This document shows, piece by piece, positions 9,236 through 18,846 of a DNA stretch of 32,000 nucleotides. Every line of letters starts with the position of its first letter. Positions within the stretch are counted from its first letter, which is position 1. The notes under the pieces were generated by a model that saw nothing but the letters and a program-made list of their open reading frames with translations, was not told where the DNA came from and ran no database searches. Source of the stretch: Burkholderia phage BcepGomr; sequence record EF523948.1. One strand, 5' to 3'. The position numbers were made by a program, and so were the translations under genes.

Positions 9236-12200
9236 CCGCCAAGCGTCCGCCCTTGTTCCGGGGCGGCGCATCCGCACCATCCTCAAGCAGCACGAATACA
9301 TTCGCGACGGCAAGCGCCAAGGGGCTTTTGTCGTCGTTCTGAATGGTCAACCCATTCTCGAAAAGCAGTGGGGCCGAGTCGTGCGCGATGCCGACATCCT
9401 CACCGTCTCTCGCCTGCCGCGCGGTGGCGGGGGCTCCAACCCGCTGCAAATCGTCCTCATGGTAGCACTGGTCGCCGCATCGATCTTCATCCCCGGTATG
9501 CAAGGCATCGGCCTCACGATGGGCACGTGGCAGTTTGCCGCAGCTTCGGCCGCGATCATGCTCGGCGGAACGATGATGCTGAACATGATGTTCCCGCCAC
9601 CAAAGCCGGGGATGCGCAGCCTCACCAGCGAACAGACCAGCCCGAACTACTCCTTGAGCGCTCAGGGGAATATGGCTCGTCTGATGGAAGCCATCCCGGT
9701 GCTGTACGGTCGATTCAAGGTTCAGCCGGACTTCGCTGCTCAACCGTACACTGAAGTGCGCGGAGCCGATCAATACCTGTATCAGCTGTATTGCGTGACG
9801 CAGGGTGCAGCGGACATCGATATCGCCAACATTTTCATCGGTGAAACGCCGATTGCGAACTATCCGGATGTGACCGTAAAGGTCTACCAGCCGGGACAAC
9901 GCCCCGATCTGTTTCCTACCAATGTGGCTACATCGGTCGATGTTGCTGGTCAGGAATTGAAGGCCCCGAACGAAAGCGGATATGCGCCGATTGGCCCGTT
10001 CGTTATCGGTGCTCCGGGGACCAAGGCAAACTCCCTTGCGATCGACATCAGTTCCCCGTCGGGGGTGGGTCGTATTGATGACAATGGCAACACGCAGGCA
10101 CAGACGTTGCGCTGGACTGTCGAATACGCGCTTGTGAACGATCAAGGCGTGCCGATCGGCCCGTGGCAGGTATTCTGGAATGGCACCGCAACCGGAGCCA
10201 GCCGTAACCCTGCCCGCTTCACCTATCGAGCCGATGTCGTGCCGGGTCGCTATGCAGTGCGTGCAAACCGCGCAGATGCACCGAACCTCGATGGACGCAG
10301 CCTTGGCCGTCTCATCTGGGAGAACGCCCGCATTTATTTGGATGAGCCAACTGAATATGGCGAAGTCACGATGATTGCGACTGTGATGAAGGCGTCGAAC
10401 GTTCTCAACCAGCAAACGAGCCGCCAATTGACCTGCATCGGTCAGCGCCGCCTTCGCAAATGGGATGCCGTGAACGGATGGAGTCAACCTGTAGCCACAT
10501 CGAATCCGGCATGGGCGGCAGCAGATGCCATCACGAACCCGGTCTATGGGCGCAATCTCCCGGACTCCCGATACAACTTGCAAGAGCTTGTGCGGTTGGC
10601 TGGCGTCTGGGATGCTCGCGGCGATGAGTTCAATGGCGTGTTCGATACGACCGGCCAGTTCTGGGATGCTCTCACGAGCATCGTCCGGGTGGGTCGTGCT
10701 GTGCCCATGTATTACGCTGGGCTGATCGACTTCATCCGCGATGAACCGAAATCGATCCCGACCGCCATGTTCAGCCCGCAGAATATGGTCAAGAACTCAT
10801 TCTCTGCCACGTACCAGTTCGCAGAAGTCGATACCCCGGACTATGTGCAGATCGAATATGTGGATGCTAAGACGTGGCAGACCACTGTCGTCGATTGCGC
10901 TCTGCCGGACTCGATCAAAACAAAGGCTGCGAAAGTCGAAATGATGGGGATCACCAATCACGACCAAGCGTGGCGTGAAGGTATCACCATGGCCGCTCGA
11001 AACCGCTATCAGCGCCGACTGATCAATTGGTCGACGGAGCTTGACGGCTTGATCCCGAAATACGGCGATCTGATCCAAGTGAGCCATGATGTCCCGGCTT
11101 GGGGCTATTCGGGCAAGGTGACGGCTCTCGACAAGGCTACGCGCATTCTCACGGCCTCTGAGGCGCTTCCTTTCGCTGCTGGCACCCCGCATGCCATCAC
11201 CTTCCGCCGCGATGATGGCTCGGCCGATGGCCCGTATGCCTGCATTCCTTACGAACAGGGCTTTGCGAACCAGTGCCTTGTCCAAGGTGACTTGACTAAC
11301 ATCAAGATCAGCGATGGGGTGAAACGCGAGTTCACGATCTATCAGTTCGGCCCGGTTGAGCGCCGAGGCATGCTCGTCATGGCGACTTCTGCCAGCCCGA
11401 GCACTGATGGCATTGTGGCCTTCGAAGCGACTAACTATTCGCCGCAGATTTACGCGGCTGAGACCGGTGGGACGATTCCGCCGGAGGTTCCGCAAAGCAA
11501 CCTGCCGACGCCTCCGCAAGCACCCAATGTGGACAGAATCAGCCTCACCTATACGTTCGTGGTCGGTCAACAGCAGATTGTTGCTACCCCGGCGAATGGG
11601 GCAGACTATTATGAGTTCGAAGCCTCAAACGATGCGACCGTTGGTTCTGATGGCTCAGTCAACGGCACCTTCACCCGCTATCCGGCGACTCGCGATCCAT
11701 GGGTGACTGTGAACTTGGCGGCTGGGCGCTGGTATCTCCGAGTTCGCGGAGTAGGGACGGTGAAAGGTGCATGGCGCGGCGACTTCTTCGATGTGAAGGC
11801 CACGGCGCTCCCGGCCCCGACCATCGCATCCTTCACGACTGCCACGGCGCTGTTTGGCGTGAACTTGATGTGGGCGGTCGATCCGCTCTCCAAGCCTATT
11901 TCGCAAACGGTCGAAATTTGGCATGGTTTGAACACGACGCTTGGCAATGCGACTCTGCTGGCCACGTTTGCCCCGACTGCCAACAACTATCTCCATGGGA
12001 ACATGGGGCCGGGTGAGACGCACTATTACTGGATTCGAGTGATCGATAAGGCTGGGCGAATCGGCCCGTGGTTCAATAACGGCAATCCGATTGTCGGTCA
12101 ATCGTCCAGCGATGCAAAACAGATTCTTGACGCGCTCAATGGGGAAATCACCAAGACGCAATTGTCGCAAGAACTCTGGCAACAGATCGAGGCTGCTAGT

Positions 12201-12896
12201 GACTTCGGCCCGGTCTATGCCGCGATCAACGAGGAAAAGCAGGCTCGCATTGATGGCGATACTGCCTTGACCCAGATCACCACACAGCAAGCGACGCAGA
12301 TTGGCAATAACGCCAGCGCGATCACTAACGAGGCAACGACTCGTGCGAATGCTGACGGTGCGCTCTCGACTCGGATCGATACGACCAATGTTCGCGTCGG
12401 CAATAACGAGGCGGCGATCCAGACGGTGAGCCAAGCCCAAGCAACGACCGATGGCAAGCTGAGCGCCATGTGGGCGGTGAAGGTGCAAGCGACCGTGGAT
12501 GGAAAATACTATCTGGCCGGGATCGGTGTCGGTATCGAGAACGGGCCCGGTGGCTTGCAGTCTCAAGTTTTGATCAGTGCAGATCGATTCGCGATCATGA
12601 ATAGCACGAATGCGGGCGCGACGGTCAGCACTCCATTTGTCGTGCAGGGCGGCGTGGTCTACATGAACTCGGCGTTCATTCAGGATGGCACGATCACGAA
12701 TGCGAAGATCGCCGGGGTTATCCAATCCAATGTGGTCAACGCTCAAGGTCGACCTGCTTGGGTTTGGGACAAGAACGGTACCATGGAAATCAACGGCGTG
12801 GGTGGTGGCAATGGACGCCTTATCATCCAGAATAACCGGATTCTGATCTTTGATGAGAACGGTACGCTTCGCGTCGAAATGGGACAACTTTCATAA
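9186..12896 (+). CDS. Tail tip / host specificity protein J-like central fiber
   Basis: ORF track gives 8934-12896. The ATG at 9186 (MHATLIKLDNPFRPQIDRQ...) is a better start. Gly-rich plus hydrophobic segment RLPRGGGGSNPLQIVLMVALVAASIFIPG, then EAIPVLYGRFKVQPDF, is typical of gpI/J-like tip proteins. Confidence 0.85.
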   Translation: MHATLIKLDNPFRPQIDRQASALVPGRRIRTILKQHEYIRDGKRQGAFVVVLNGQPILEKQWGRVVRDADILTVSRLPRGGGGSNPLQIVLMVALVAASIFIPGMQGIGLTMGTWQFAAASAAIMLGGTMMLNMMFPPPKPGMRSLTSEQTSPNYSLSAQGNMARLMEAIPVLYGRFKVQPDFAAQPYTEVRGADQYLYQLYCVTQGAADIDIANIFIGETPIANYPDVTVKVYQPGQRPDLFPTNVATSVDVAGQELKAPNESGYAPIGPFVIGAPGTKANSLAIDISSPSGVGRIDDNGNTQAQTLRWTVEYALVNDQGVPIGPWQVFWNGTATGASRNPARFTYRADVVPGRYAVRANRADAPNLDGRSLGRLIWENARIYLDEPTEYGEVTMIATVMKASNVLNQQTSRQLTCIGQRRLRKWDAVNGWSQPVATSNPAWAAADAITNPVYGRNLPDSRYNLQELVRLAGVWDARGDEFNGVFDTTGQFWDALTSIVRVGRAVPMYYAGLIDFIRDEPKSIPTAMFSPQNMVKNSFSATYQFAEVDTPDYVQIEYVDAKTWQTTVVDCALPDSIKTKAAKVEMMGITNHDQAWREGITMAARNRYQRRLINWSTELDGLIPKYGDLIQVSHDVPAWGYSGKVTALDKATRILTASEALPFAAGTPHAITFRRDDGSADGPYACIPYEQGFANQCLVQGDLTNIKISDGVKREFTIYQFGPVERRGMLVMATSASPSTDGIVAFEATNYSPQIYAAETGGTIPPEVPQSNLPTPPQAPNVDRISLTYTFVVGQQQIVATPANGADYYEFEASNDATVGSDGSVNGTFTRYPATRDPWVTVNLAAGRWYLRVRGVGTVKGAWRGDFFDVKATALPAPTIASFTTATALFGVNLMWAVDPLSKPISQTVEIWHGLNTTLGNATLLATFAPTANNYLHGNMGPGETHYYWIRVIDKAGRIGPWFNNGNPIVGQSSSDAKQILDALNGEITKTQLSQELWQQIEAASDFGPVYAAINEEKQARIDGDTALTQITTQQATQIGNNASAITNEATTRANADGALSTRIDTTNVRVGNNEAAIQTVSQAQATTDGKLSAMWAVKVQATVDGKYYLAGIGVGIENGPGGLQSQVLISADRFAIMNSTNAGATVSTPFVVQGGVVYMNSAFIQDGTITNAKIAGVIQSNVVNAQGRPAWVWDKNGTMEINGVGGGNGRLIIQNNRILIFDENGTLRVEMGQLS

Positions 12897-13180
12897 TGGC
12901 ATTCGGGCTTAGACTTTATGATGGGGGTGGCGGGTTGCTATTGAACGCAACCCCCAACCTCGGCCGCATCCTCGGAGTTACGGCGGTAGGCGGCGATGGT
13001 TCATTGCAAAATGGACAATTTGGCGTCGGAAGGCCATGGTTCCATGTGCAGGCATTCAATACGGATAATGGGGGTATGCTCCCAGAAGTTTGGATGAGTG
13101 GAACTACTCTGAACTGGAAATACAATTTATCAGGTGGGGTATCGCCTGCCACTGTGTATATCTTCTATGGGATTTACTGA
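12896..13180 (+). CDS. Small tail-associated protein (MxFGxRL family)
   Basis: 94 aa with N-terminus MAFGLRLYDGGGGLLLNATPN; start overlaps the upstream stop (TAATG). Confidence 0.6.
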   Translation: MAFGLRLYDGGGGLLLNATPNLGRILGVTAVGGDGSLQNGQFGVGRPWFHVQAFNTDNGGMLPEVWMSGTTLNWKYNLSGGVSPATVYIFYGIY

Positions 13181-13842
13181 TGACTTTCGGGTTCCGTCTA
13201 ACTGGCGATTCCGGGTACTGGCAGGTTGATGAAAACAACCCTCAGTTGTTTCTAGTTAACGTCTATACCCTGTCGCGCCCATCTAGCACCAATGCATTTT
13301 CACCAATCGATATCGCCGGCGAAATGCCGATCCCGGTCATCCATTCCCCGGATACCTGGGCTGCAATGTATCGCATTCAGCAAACCGGTAGCAACACTTG
13401 GTCGTGCTATTTCATTTCGCGCGATCCTAATGTGAACTTTTACGTTTATCTGTTCGATCGTATCCCTGCTGGCGGCGCTCGGGCAAATTGGTCGCTGAAT
13501 GTATACGGGCCGGACGGACGGTTGAATTTTGCAGGTGATCGCAAACAATTCCGCCCGGTAAACTTCGTTCCGCAGCAAATCGGGAGCACCACTGATCCGG
13601 GGCAAGGGGTCACTGTTCCGAACGGCAAATGGGGCGCGGTTTGGGACAATCCGCGATATAGCGGAGCGGCAGCGCCCGGAGGACAAGGTAACCGAACGGT
13701 TCAAGGAGTTAAGACATATTGGACTGCGATATCCTACTTTCCGGTTAGCTTCCCTAGCGGAACCACAGTACCCACAAGTCAATTGCCAGGTGGGAATACC
13801 CAGCCCCGGAACTTTCTAATCGTTGATTTGAACGGCTTATGA
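13180..13842 (+). CDS. Tail-associated protein (MxFGxRL family)
   Basis: ORF track start 13090, but the ATG at 13180 overlaps the upstream stop (TGATG) and gives 220 aa MTFGFRLTGDSGYWQVDENNPQLFLVNVYTLS... Confidence 0.65.
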   Translation: MTFGFRLTGDSGYWQVDENNPQLFLVNVYTLSRPSSTNAFSPIDIAGEMPIPVIHSPDTWAAMYRIQQTGSNTWSCYFISRDPNVNFYVYLFDRIPAGGARANWSLNVYGPDGRLNFAGDRKQFRPVNFVPQQIGSTTDPGQGVTVPNGKWGAVWDNPRYSGAAAPGGQGNRTVQGVKTYWTAISYFPVSFPSGTTVPTSQLPGGNTQPRNFLIVDLNGL

Positions 13843-13870
13843 AAAAGCCCCGCAAAGGGGCTTTTTCTTT
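13842..13870. terminator. Bidirectional rho-independent terminator between convergent modules
   Basis: AAAAAGCCCC (13842-13851), loop GCAAA, GGGGCTTTTT (13857-13866). A-rich and T-rich flanks make it functional in both directions. Confidence 0.9.
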
Positions 13871-13886
13871 AGCTCGTGAGATGCGC

Positions 13887-14462
13887 TTAGGCTGCTGCTT
13901 CGCCTCCGGGGCTATCATCGGCCACCCCGGCCTTATCGGCCCGCGTGCGCGCCTGCTCATCGGAGTATTTGCCGCTTGCGAAGCGGCCACCCGGGCCAAT
14001 CAGCTTCATCTGATTCATGTGCCGGATCAGCGACGCGTCGAAGCCCAGCAGTGCGTGAATCTGCCGACGGCACGTCGCAATGACCGTGCAAGCATCCTTG
14101 ATCTTCTCCATGTTGTAGTCTTGGTTGTAGACCCATGCTTTCTTGATGCAGTCTTGCAGCAGCAGGCACCCGACCATCAGGGAGTTGATAGCAGCCTGCA
14201 CCGGCATCGGCGTCGAGTTCTCGACCGGAGAGAATAGATCGTGGCCGGGGAACTCGTTCTGGAACGCGACCATGTAGAAGTCGAAGTCTCCGAGTTCCTC
14301 CAATTGGTGATTCCGGCTCATCGCGAGCGCGAGTTCGCAAGCCTCGCCAGCCATGCCGACGGTTGCGTGCATGGCATTCCCGGCGAAGTTGCCGAGTTCC
14401 TTGCCGACCTTGAACAGATCGCGAACCATGTCTTGAAATGCGGGGAAGTCTTTTTCATTCAT
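13887..14462 (-). CDS. MazG-like nucleotide pyrophosphohydrolase
   Basis: 191 aa with MHATVGMAGEACELALAMSR...QLEELGDFDFYMVAF, a MazG-type EExxE / ExxD metal-binding pattern. Confidence 0.7.
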   Translation of the reverse strand: MNEKDFPAFQDMVRDLFKVGKELGNFAGNAMHATVGMAGEACELALAMSRNHQLEELGDFDFYMVAFQNEFPGHDLFSPVENSTPMPVQAAINSLMVGCLLLQDCIKKAWVYNQDYNMEKIKDACTVIATCRRQIHALLGFDASLIRHMNQMKLIGPGGRFASGKYSDEQARTRADKAGVADDSPGGEAAA

Positions 14463-14476
14463 GTGGATAACTCCAG

Positions 14477-16531
14477 TTAATGTACGGGGTAGCCGGTTCC
14501 AGCCAGCATTTCCGTAGCGGTTGAAATGTAATACTCATAATCGATGTCTTCCGGGAACGTCTCCGGCAAGCGCATCACAGGGCGACCGTTCTCAGTCCCC
14601 GGAACTGCATGCCCGTTCTTGTTCTTGACGATGATCCCTTCGACGGTTGTGGAACGGTACCATCGAGCCACACGGCCAATGTACTCCGTGCGAGATTCGT
14701 CCCAAACTTTGCAACAGCCCCCGGTCGCATTCTTGACGTCCACGAATTTCTTGATATCAGTGCACGCGCGTATTGTTTGCTCAAGTGGCGTCCCCTTGCA
14801 GAGAAAGTCCGAAACGGCGTCCGAGCAAATCTCGTTACTCGGGTCGGTTTTAATCGACGATTCGCCAAAAGCGCCCTTGCGTTTTGCCGATATCTTGCCT
14901 GTATCAGCATCTTGTTTGACTGCAATGTATGAGTTAACGTCACGGCTAAAGAGGCCGATGTAGTCTGTCGTTTCCATTTCGAGCGTCGTTGCATTTTCCC
15001 ATTCCTTCATGACTGCTTTTAGATGGTCTTCTTGCGACTCATGAAATTTGATGACGATACCATCAGTGTTCGCGTTCACAACGCTCATATTCGCAAGCTC
15101 AACCGCCTCAATGGCCATCAACAACGCAAGCTGGCCCGATACAGTAGTCTGAATCCCCAGTTCCGGGAAATAGAGCACCGAGTGCTTGTCCATCGTCTTG
15201 CCGAACGAGCCGTTCACGACAATCTTTAAGCCGTCGGCAGTAACTTGAAATTCGATGTATAGCGGACTCTCCCCGTTTGCCTTCTTCTCTTTGCTCGCGT
15301 TGCCCTTTGCCTCGATCCGCTCGTCCACAATACCAATGTAGATCGGAGTGAACACTTCACCGATCCCCGGAGGAACCATACCGGTCATCAGGATCAGTTT
15401 TGGATAGTAAGATGCAACGTCGTGATCTCGCAGCTTCCAACCATCCATAGCCACATGGTAGGTCGAGACCTCTTGCGAGTGCAGGCCACCGATACCCATT
15501 TTGTACTTCTTGCCGCGAATATCGATGACCATTTCCGCCAATTCAGGTGGCATCTTGACATAGCCGTTTTCATCGATCTCGAACTCGGCGTTCTCGACCT
15601 GCCGCTTCACCCATTGCAAAGTTTCGGTCTTGAACTGCACCCATTTCGGCATGCGGAACTTGAATCGATGGCCGGGGCGCACCTTCTGCTTCTGGGGGTA
15701 GCGCCCGGTGAACTCCTGCACTTTCGCACGAAAGATCGCCTCGGCCATCTGCGCGTCGCTTTTGCTGCGCAGGTCGATTCCGTACTGAGCACCAAAGCGT
15801 TCTCGGAGTTTGATGTTCTCGAAATGCTTCTCGTAGACGAGTTGCGTATTGCGCAAGTCATTGAACATGTACCAGCGGATGATGGCCTTCTGCTCCGGTG
15901 TGCAGATTGTGCCCGGAGGCACCGGCAAGTCCATCATCATTGGCGATCCGAACCGAGCGGCCAACTTCTTCAAGCTGGGATGCAGCGGGGTCAGTTCGAT
16001 CAGGTCGATGTGATCCATTTCAAGGCGAGGCGAACGGTATTCCTTAATGACATCATACCCGCGCGCCTTCTGTTCAATGATCTTGACCGTGGCCCCGTAC
16101 ATTGCCGGGGATCGGTATTGCATGCAAGCAATCGCCGCAATCCACTGGTCATAGCCAATACCATTGAATGAGACGACAGTGAAGTTCTCGAAAACCCATT
16201 TCATAAGCGCGAAGGCTTCGACATGGTTTGCATCATCGCACTCGAAATAAAGGTGCTTTCCTGACTGAATGCTTCTGAAGCCAATGCACCAGAAGTTCGG
16301 GTATGATTCAATATCGTACACAAGTCGCTCGCCAGCCGCCTGAGCTTCTATGATTTCCTCCATTGAGGCGAACATGGTCGGGCGGAAGGCGATTGCTTCT
16401 TCTAGGTTCGGGAGATAGTCCGGCTTTAGCCAAACCGGATCAGGGGGGATCGCGAGCCGTTTCTCGGCTGCTTTGCTGACTTTGACGACAGGAAGTTCCT
16501 GCCAAAAGAGGCCGTCTGAATCAAATCTCAT
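14477..16531 (-). CDS. Family B DNA polymerase
   Basis: 684 aa. Exo-like LVYDIESYPNFW and VVSFNGIGYD; motif A DHDVASYYPKLIL; motif B KIVVNGSFGKTMD; motif C region VVNANTDGIVIK. Confidence 0.88.
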   Translation of the reverse strand: MRFDSDGLFWQELPVVKVSKAAEKRLAIPPDPVWLKPDYLPNLEEAIAFRPTMFASMEEIIEAQAAGERLVYDIESYPNFWCIGFRSIQSGKHLYFECDDANHVEAFALMKWVFENFTVVSFNGIGYDQWIAAIACMQYRSPAMYGATVKIIEQKARGYDVIKEYRSPRLEMDHIDLIELTPLHPSLKKLAARFGSPMMMDLPVPPGTICTPEQKAIIRWYMFNDLRNTQLVYEKHFENIKLRERFGAQYGIDLRSKSDAQMAEAIFRAKVQEFTGRYPQKQKVRPGHRFKFRMPKWVQFKTETLQWVKRQVENAEFEIDENGYVKMPPELAEMVIDIRGKKYKMGIGGLHSQEVSTYHVAMDGWKLRDHDVASYYPKLILMTGMVPPGIGEVFTPIYIGIVDERIEAKGNASKEKKANGESPLYIEFQVTADGLKIVVNGSFGKTMDKHSVLYFPELGIQTTVSGQLALLMAIEAVELANMSVVNANTDGIVIKFHESQEDHLKAVMKEWENATTLEMETTDYIGLFSRDVNSYIAVKQDADTGKISAKRKGAFGESSIKTDPSNEICSDAVSDFLCKGTPLEQTIRACTDIKKFVDVKNATGGCCKVWDESRTEYIGRVARWYRSTTVEGIIVKNKNGHAVPGTENGRPVMRLPETFPEDIDYEYYISTATEMLAGTGYPVH

Positions 16532-16603
16532 GTGGTCACCTAATGCAGCGAACGCCTAAAGAGGCGGAAGGTGCCCGGCGCTGCATGTCCGGGCCTTGCT
16601 ATT

Positions 16604-16978
16604 TTACAGCCCCAGCGATTTGCACACCAGAGGTAACATGAGGCTGGTTGTGGTCGGAATCGACCAATCGAGTACCCGCGCCCATGTCCATTGGAACGGA
16701 AACCAGCCAACCGACCAGAGGTAGGCGTGCGATTGGCCGGGTTGCTGCGCGTCGATTTCGGTTTCCAGCTTCTTCCGCGACCAATACCAAACGCAAACGT
16801 TGATCGACCCGACCCAAGCCGCCCCGGTCACATTACCGGGATACAATCGGCCATTTACAACCCAGATAATCGACAGAATTAAACCGATCGTTACCGTCTG
16901 AATCAGCAGCCCTTCCGGAATGTGGCTCAGGCTCATCCGGAATCGCGTCGCTGCGAACCAGTTCAGAATTTTCGTCAT
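16604..16978 (-). CDS. Small predicted membrane protein
   Basis: Internal ATG at 16978 gives 124 aa MTKILNWFAATRFRMSLSHIPEGLLIQTVTIGLILSIIWVV... with hydrophobic segments. The upstream part of the 17233 ORF overlaps the clamp gene and is unlikely to be coding. Confidence 0.6.
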   Translation of the reverse strand: MTKILNWFAATRFRMSLSHIPEGLLIQTVTIGLILSIIWVVNGRLYPGNVTGAAWVGSINVCVWYWSRKKLETEIDAQQPGQSHAYLWSVGWFPFQWTWARVLDWSIPTTTSLMLPLVCKSLGL

Positions 16979-17103
16979 GTTTAAATTCTCCAAATAACCA
17001 AGCGTGCATTGCGCGCGGGTCGTGCATTTTAAGTTCTTCGAGATACCTTTGCTCGATCGTAGCGCATTCGTTAAGCCATACCAAATCCCAGACTCGACCA
17101 GTC

Positions 17104-18087
17104 TCAATCGGGGCGCATACCGACCACAGCGCCTCGGAAAAGCGGGTACCCGGCGTCGAGTGCAGGGCCAAAGAACAGGGCCGGAGCGGGATATAACGAC
17201 CAATCGACTGCCGCGACGAGTCCATCGAGGCATGCAATTTGGTCGATATTGTAAATTCCGGGGTATTGAATGAACGGGAGTTCAACAGAAGCACCAACGT
17301 CGTCGGCTCGATGGGTGAATACTCGACCGGAATCCATGTAGACTTTTCGAGACCCATCGACATACGCACGAAGGTCGTCCAGTGCTCGGAATAGCGCGGG
17401 ATCGACAGGTGCTGGGTTGCAGGGGCGGTCGAGCACTCGCGAGACATCGGGCCAAGCGGTAGAAAGCAATTGGGATCGGATGAACGCGCCATTGCTGTAT
17501 CGGAAAGTGACGGAAGTAGCAGTCGCGCGTATAGCGACCGGTTCTTGCTTGATTCGAAGAAGTTCACGGACACACTCCTCGGGGATGTTCAGGTCGAAGC
17601 CGAAATTGACGCCATGCCAATATTGGCCAATGACCACATTGTTCGTTGCGAATGCCGAGCCTTCGCGGAACAGGATACCGCGCGCCCAAGGCTTGCTTGC
17701 ATCCTCTGCGATCATTGGGGCCAGCGCCTTGATGGCGGGCAAGAGCGGGCCGCTCACGGGCAATTCAGCCCCTTCCGCGCCCATATCGGGGAAGGCATCC
17801 GGCGAGCATTCGACGTTCGCGCGGAAGTTCCCGCACTTGATCGACAAGCGGCCGGTAGCAGTCAGCGCCATCTTGACCTGTTCTTCGCGTTTCTCGCAAG
17901 CCTCGATGGCTTTGAGGAACGGGGCCGCCTTGGGCTGACAGTCGAGTTCCAGTTCGAGCGGATGGCCAAGCGCGATCAGCCCGTTATACCCCATGATATA
18001 GCGGTTCTGGATGCGAAAGTGCGTAAGGACGGCAACCGCATCCTTACGCGCCACCGCGCCCTTGACAAACTTCAGGGCGTCAAGCAT
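17104..18087 (-). CDS. DNA polymerase III beta-subunit-like sliding clamp
   Basis: 327 aa with LKFVKGAVARKD... and ...LTATGRLSIKCGNFRANVECSPDAFPDM... plus a terminal FRGAVVGMRPD resembling the beta clamp C-terminal MP(x)R region. Located next to PolB. Confidence 0.65.
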   Translation of the reverse strand: MLDALKFVKGAVARKDAVAVLTHFRIQNRYIMGYNGLIALGHPLELELDCQPKAAPFLKAIEACEKREEQVKMALTATGRLSIKCGNFRANVECSPDAFPDMGAEGAELPVSGPLLPAIKALAPMIAEDASKPWARGILFREGSAFATNNVVIGQYWHGVNFGFDLNIPEECVRELLRIKQEPVAIRATATSVTFRYSNGAFIRSQLLSTAWPDVSRVLDRPCNPAPVDPALFRALDDLRAYVDGSRKVYMDSGRVFTHRADDVGASVELPFIQYPGIYNIDQIACLDGLVAAVDWSLYPAPALFFGPALDAGYPLFRGAVVGMRPD

Positions 18088-18232
18088 TCAAATAACCATC
18101 CGGTTCGCCGAGTTCGATAACTGCCGGGTCTTGAGCCTCCCGCCAGTCGTCAAAATCGAGTGGAGTATAACCTTCGCCATAGCTCGCAATGCGGGCCAGG
18201 TACGCTTGGTAGAGCTTTTCGATGGAATCCAT
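18080..18232 (-). CDS. Small hypothetical protein (50 aa)
   Basis: Internal start at 18232 (MDSIEKLYQAYLARIASYGEGYTPLDFDDWREAQDPAVIELGEPDGYLNA); short overlap with the clamp gene start. Confidence 0.5.
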   Translation of the reverse strand: MDSIEKLYQAYLARIASYGEGYTPLDFDDWREAQDPAVIELGEPDGYLNA

Positions 18233-18846
18233 CACGGTTTCAGTCCTTGAAGGCAGGGGAAGTTTTGTGCGGCGCATTGGAAGCGGAGGCTTCCAATCCA
18301 ATCAGCAGCCCAGTCCATGATCTTGTACAACGTTCCGCTCTTGGTTCGAGCGAAGATCGCGCCGTCGAAGTCCCAGACTTCTTTGACTTCACTGGTTCGC
18401 ACATCCGGCCCGAAACCGAGGCGCGGGTGACCTTCCATGCGGTCGGCCGTCAAAACCCAATGAAACGGCATATCGGTGCCAGCAATATTGAGCAACTCCG
18501 CACCGAACAGCTTAACCTCCGGTTCTTTCGGGCAGGCCGGGGCCACTTCGCCCATGCCTACATTGCTCGGCCCCGGCGGATCGATGCCGAACACCGCACG
18601 GGGCGGTACGATCACTTCGACCTTTCCCGATCGATGGATCGTGATACCGCCAGTCGGCGCGGCTTCCATTTCCAGCCCACAAGCGGCTTTGATGTCCGCA
18701 AGTGCGTTGAGTTCATGCTGGATGAAAGCCCGATTGAATCGATCGGTCGTGTGGGTCATCTGGATATGGAGCGCCGACTCCCAATGCATAATGTGGCCAG
18801 CAACCATTTCCGCGAAGCTCTTGTGCCCTTTCAGGTGCGGATTCAT
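18232..18846 (-). CDS. Hypothetical protein directly downstream of dpdA
   Basis: 204-aa ORF starting in an ATGA overlap with the dpdA stop. Confidence 0.75.
   Translation of the reverse strand: MNPHLKGHKSFAEMVAGHIMHWESALHIQMTHTTDRFNRAFIQHELNALADIKAACGLEMEAAPTGGITIHRSGKVEVIVPPRAVFGIDPPGPSNVGMGEVAPACPKEPEVKLFGAELLNIAGTDMPFHWVLTADRMEGHPRLGFGPDVRTSEVKEVWDFDGAIFARTKSGTLYKIMDWAADWIGSLRFQCAAQNFPCLQGLKP

Noticed and set aside
9141-12887. 480-aa, 257-aa and 410-aa - strand ORFs opposite the J-like gene
   Set aside because: Shadow ORFs with low-complexity or unusual composition, lying inside a well-supported 1236-aa + strand gene.
15422-16171. 249-aa + strand ORF inside the polymerase gene
   Set aside because: Antisense of conserved polymerase motifs; no independent support.
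16570-16596. GCCCGG...CCGGGC hairpin downstream of the small membrane protein gene
   Set aside because: Stem-loop possible, but no T-tract follows on the - strand, so a terminator call is not supported.
16981-17130. Possible small - strand ORF between the clamp and membrane protein genes (...LNECATIEQRYLEELKMHDPRAMHAWLFGEFK...)
   Set aside because: The segment looks protein-like but has no convincing start codon/RBS, and its frame runs far into the next gene; not confident enough to call.
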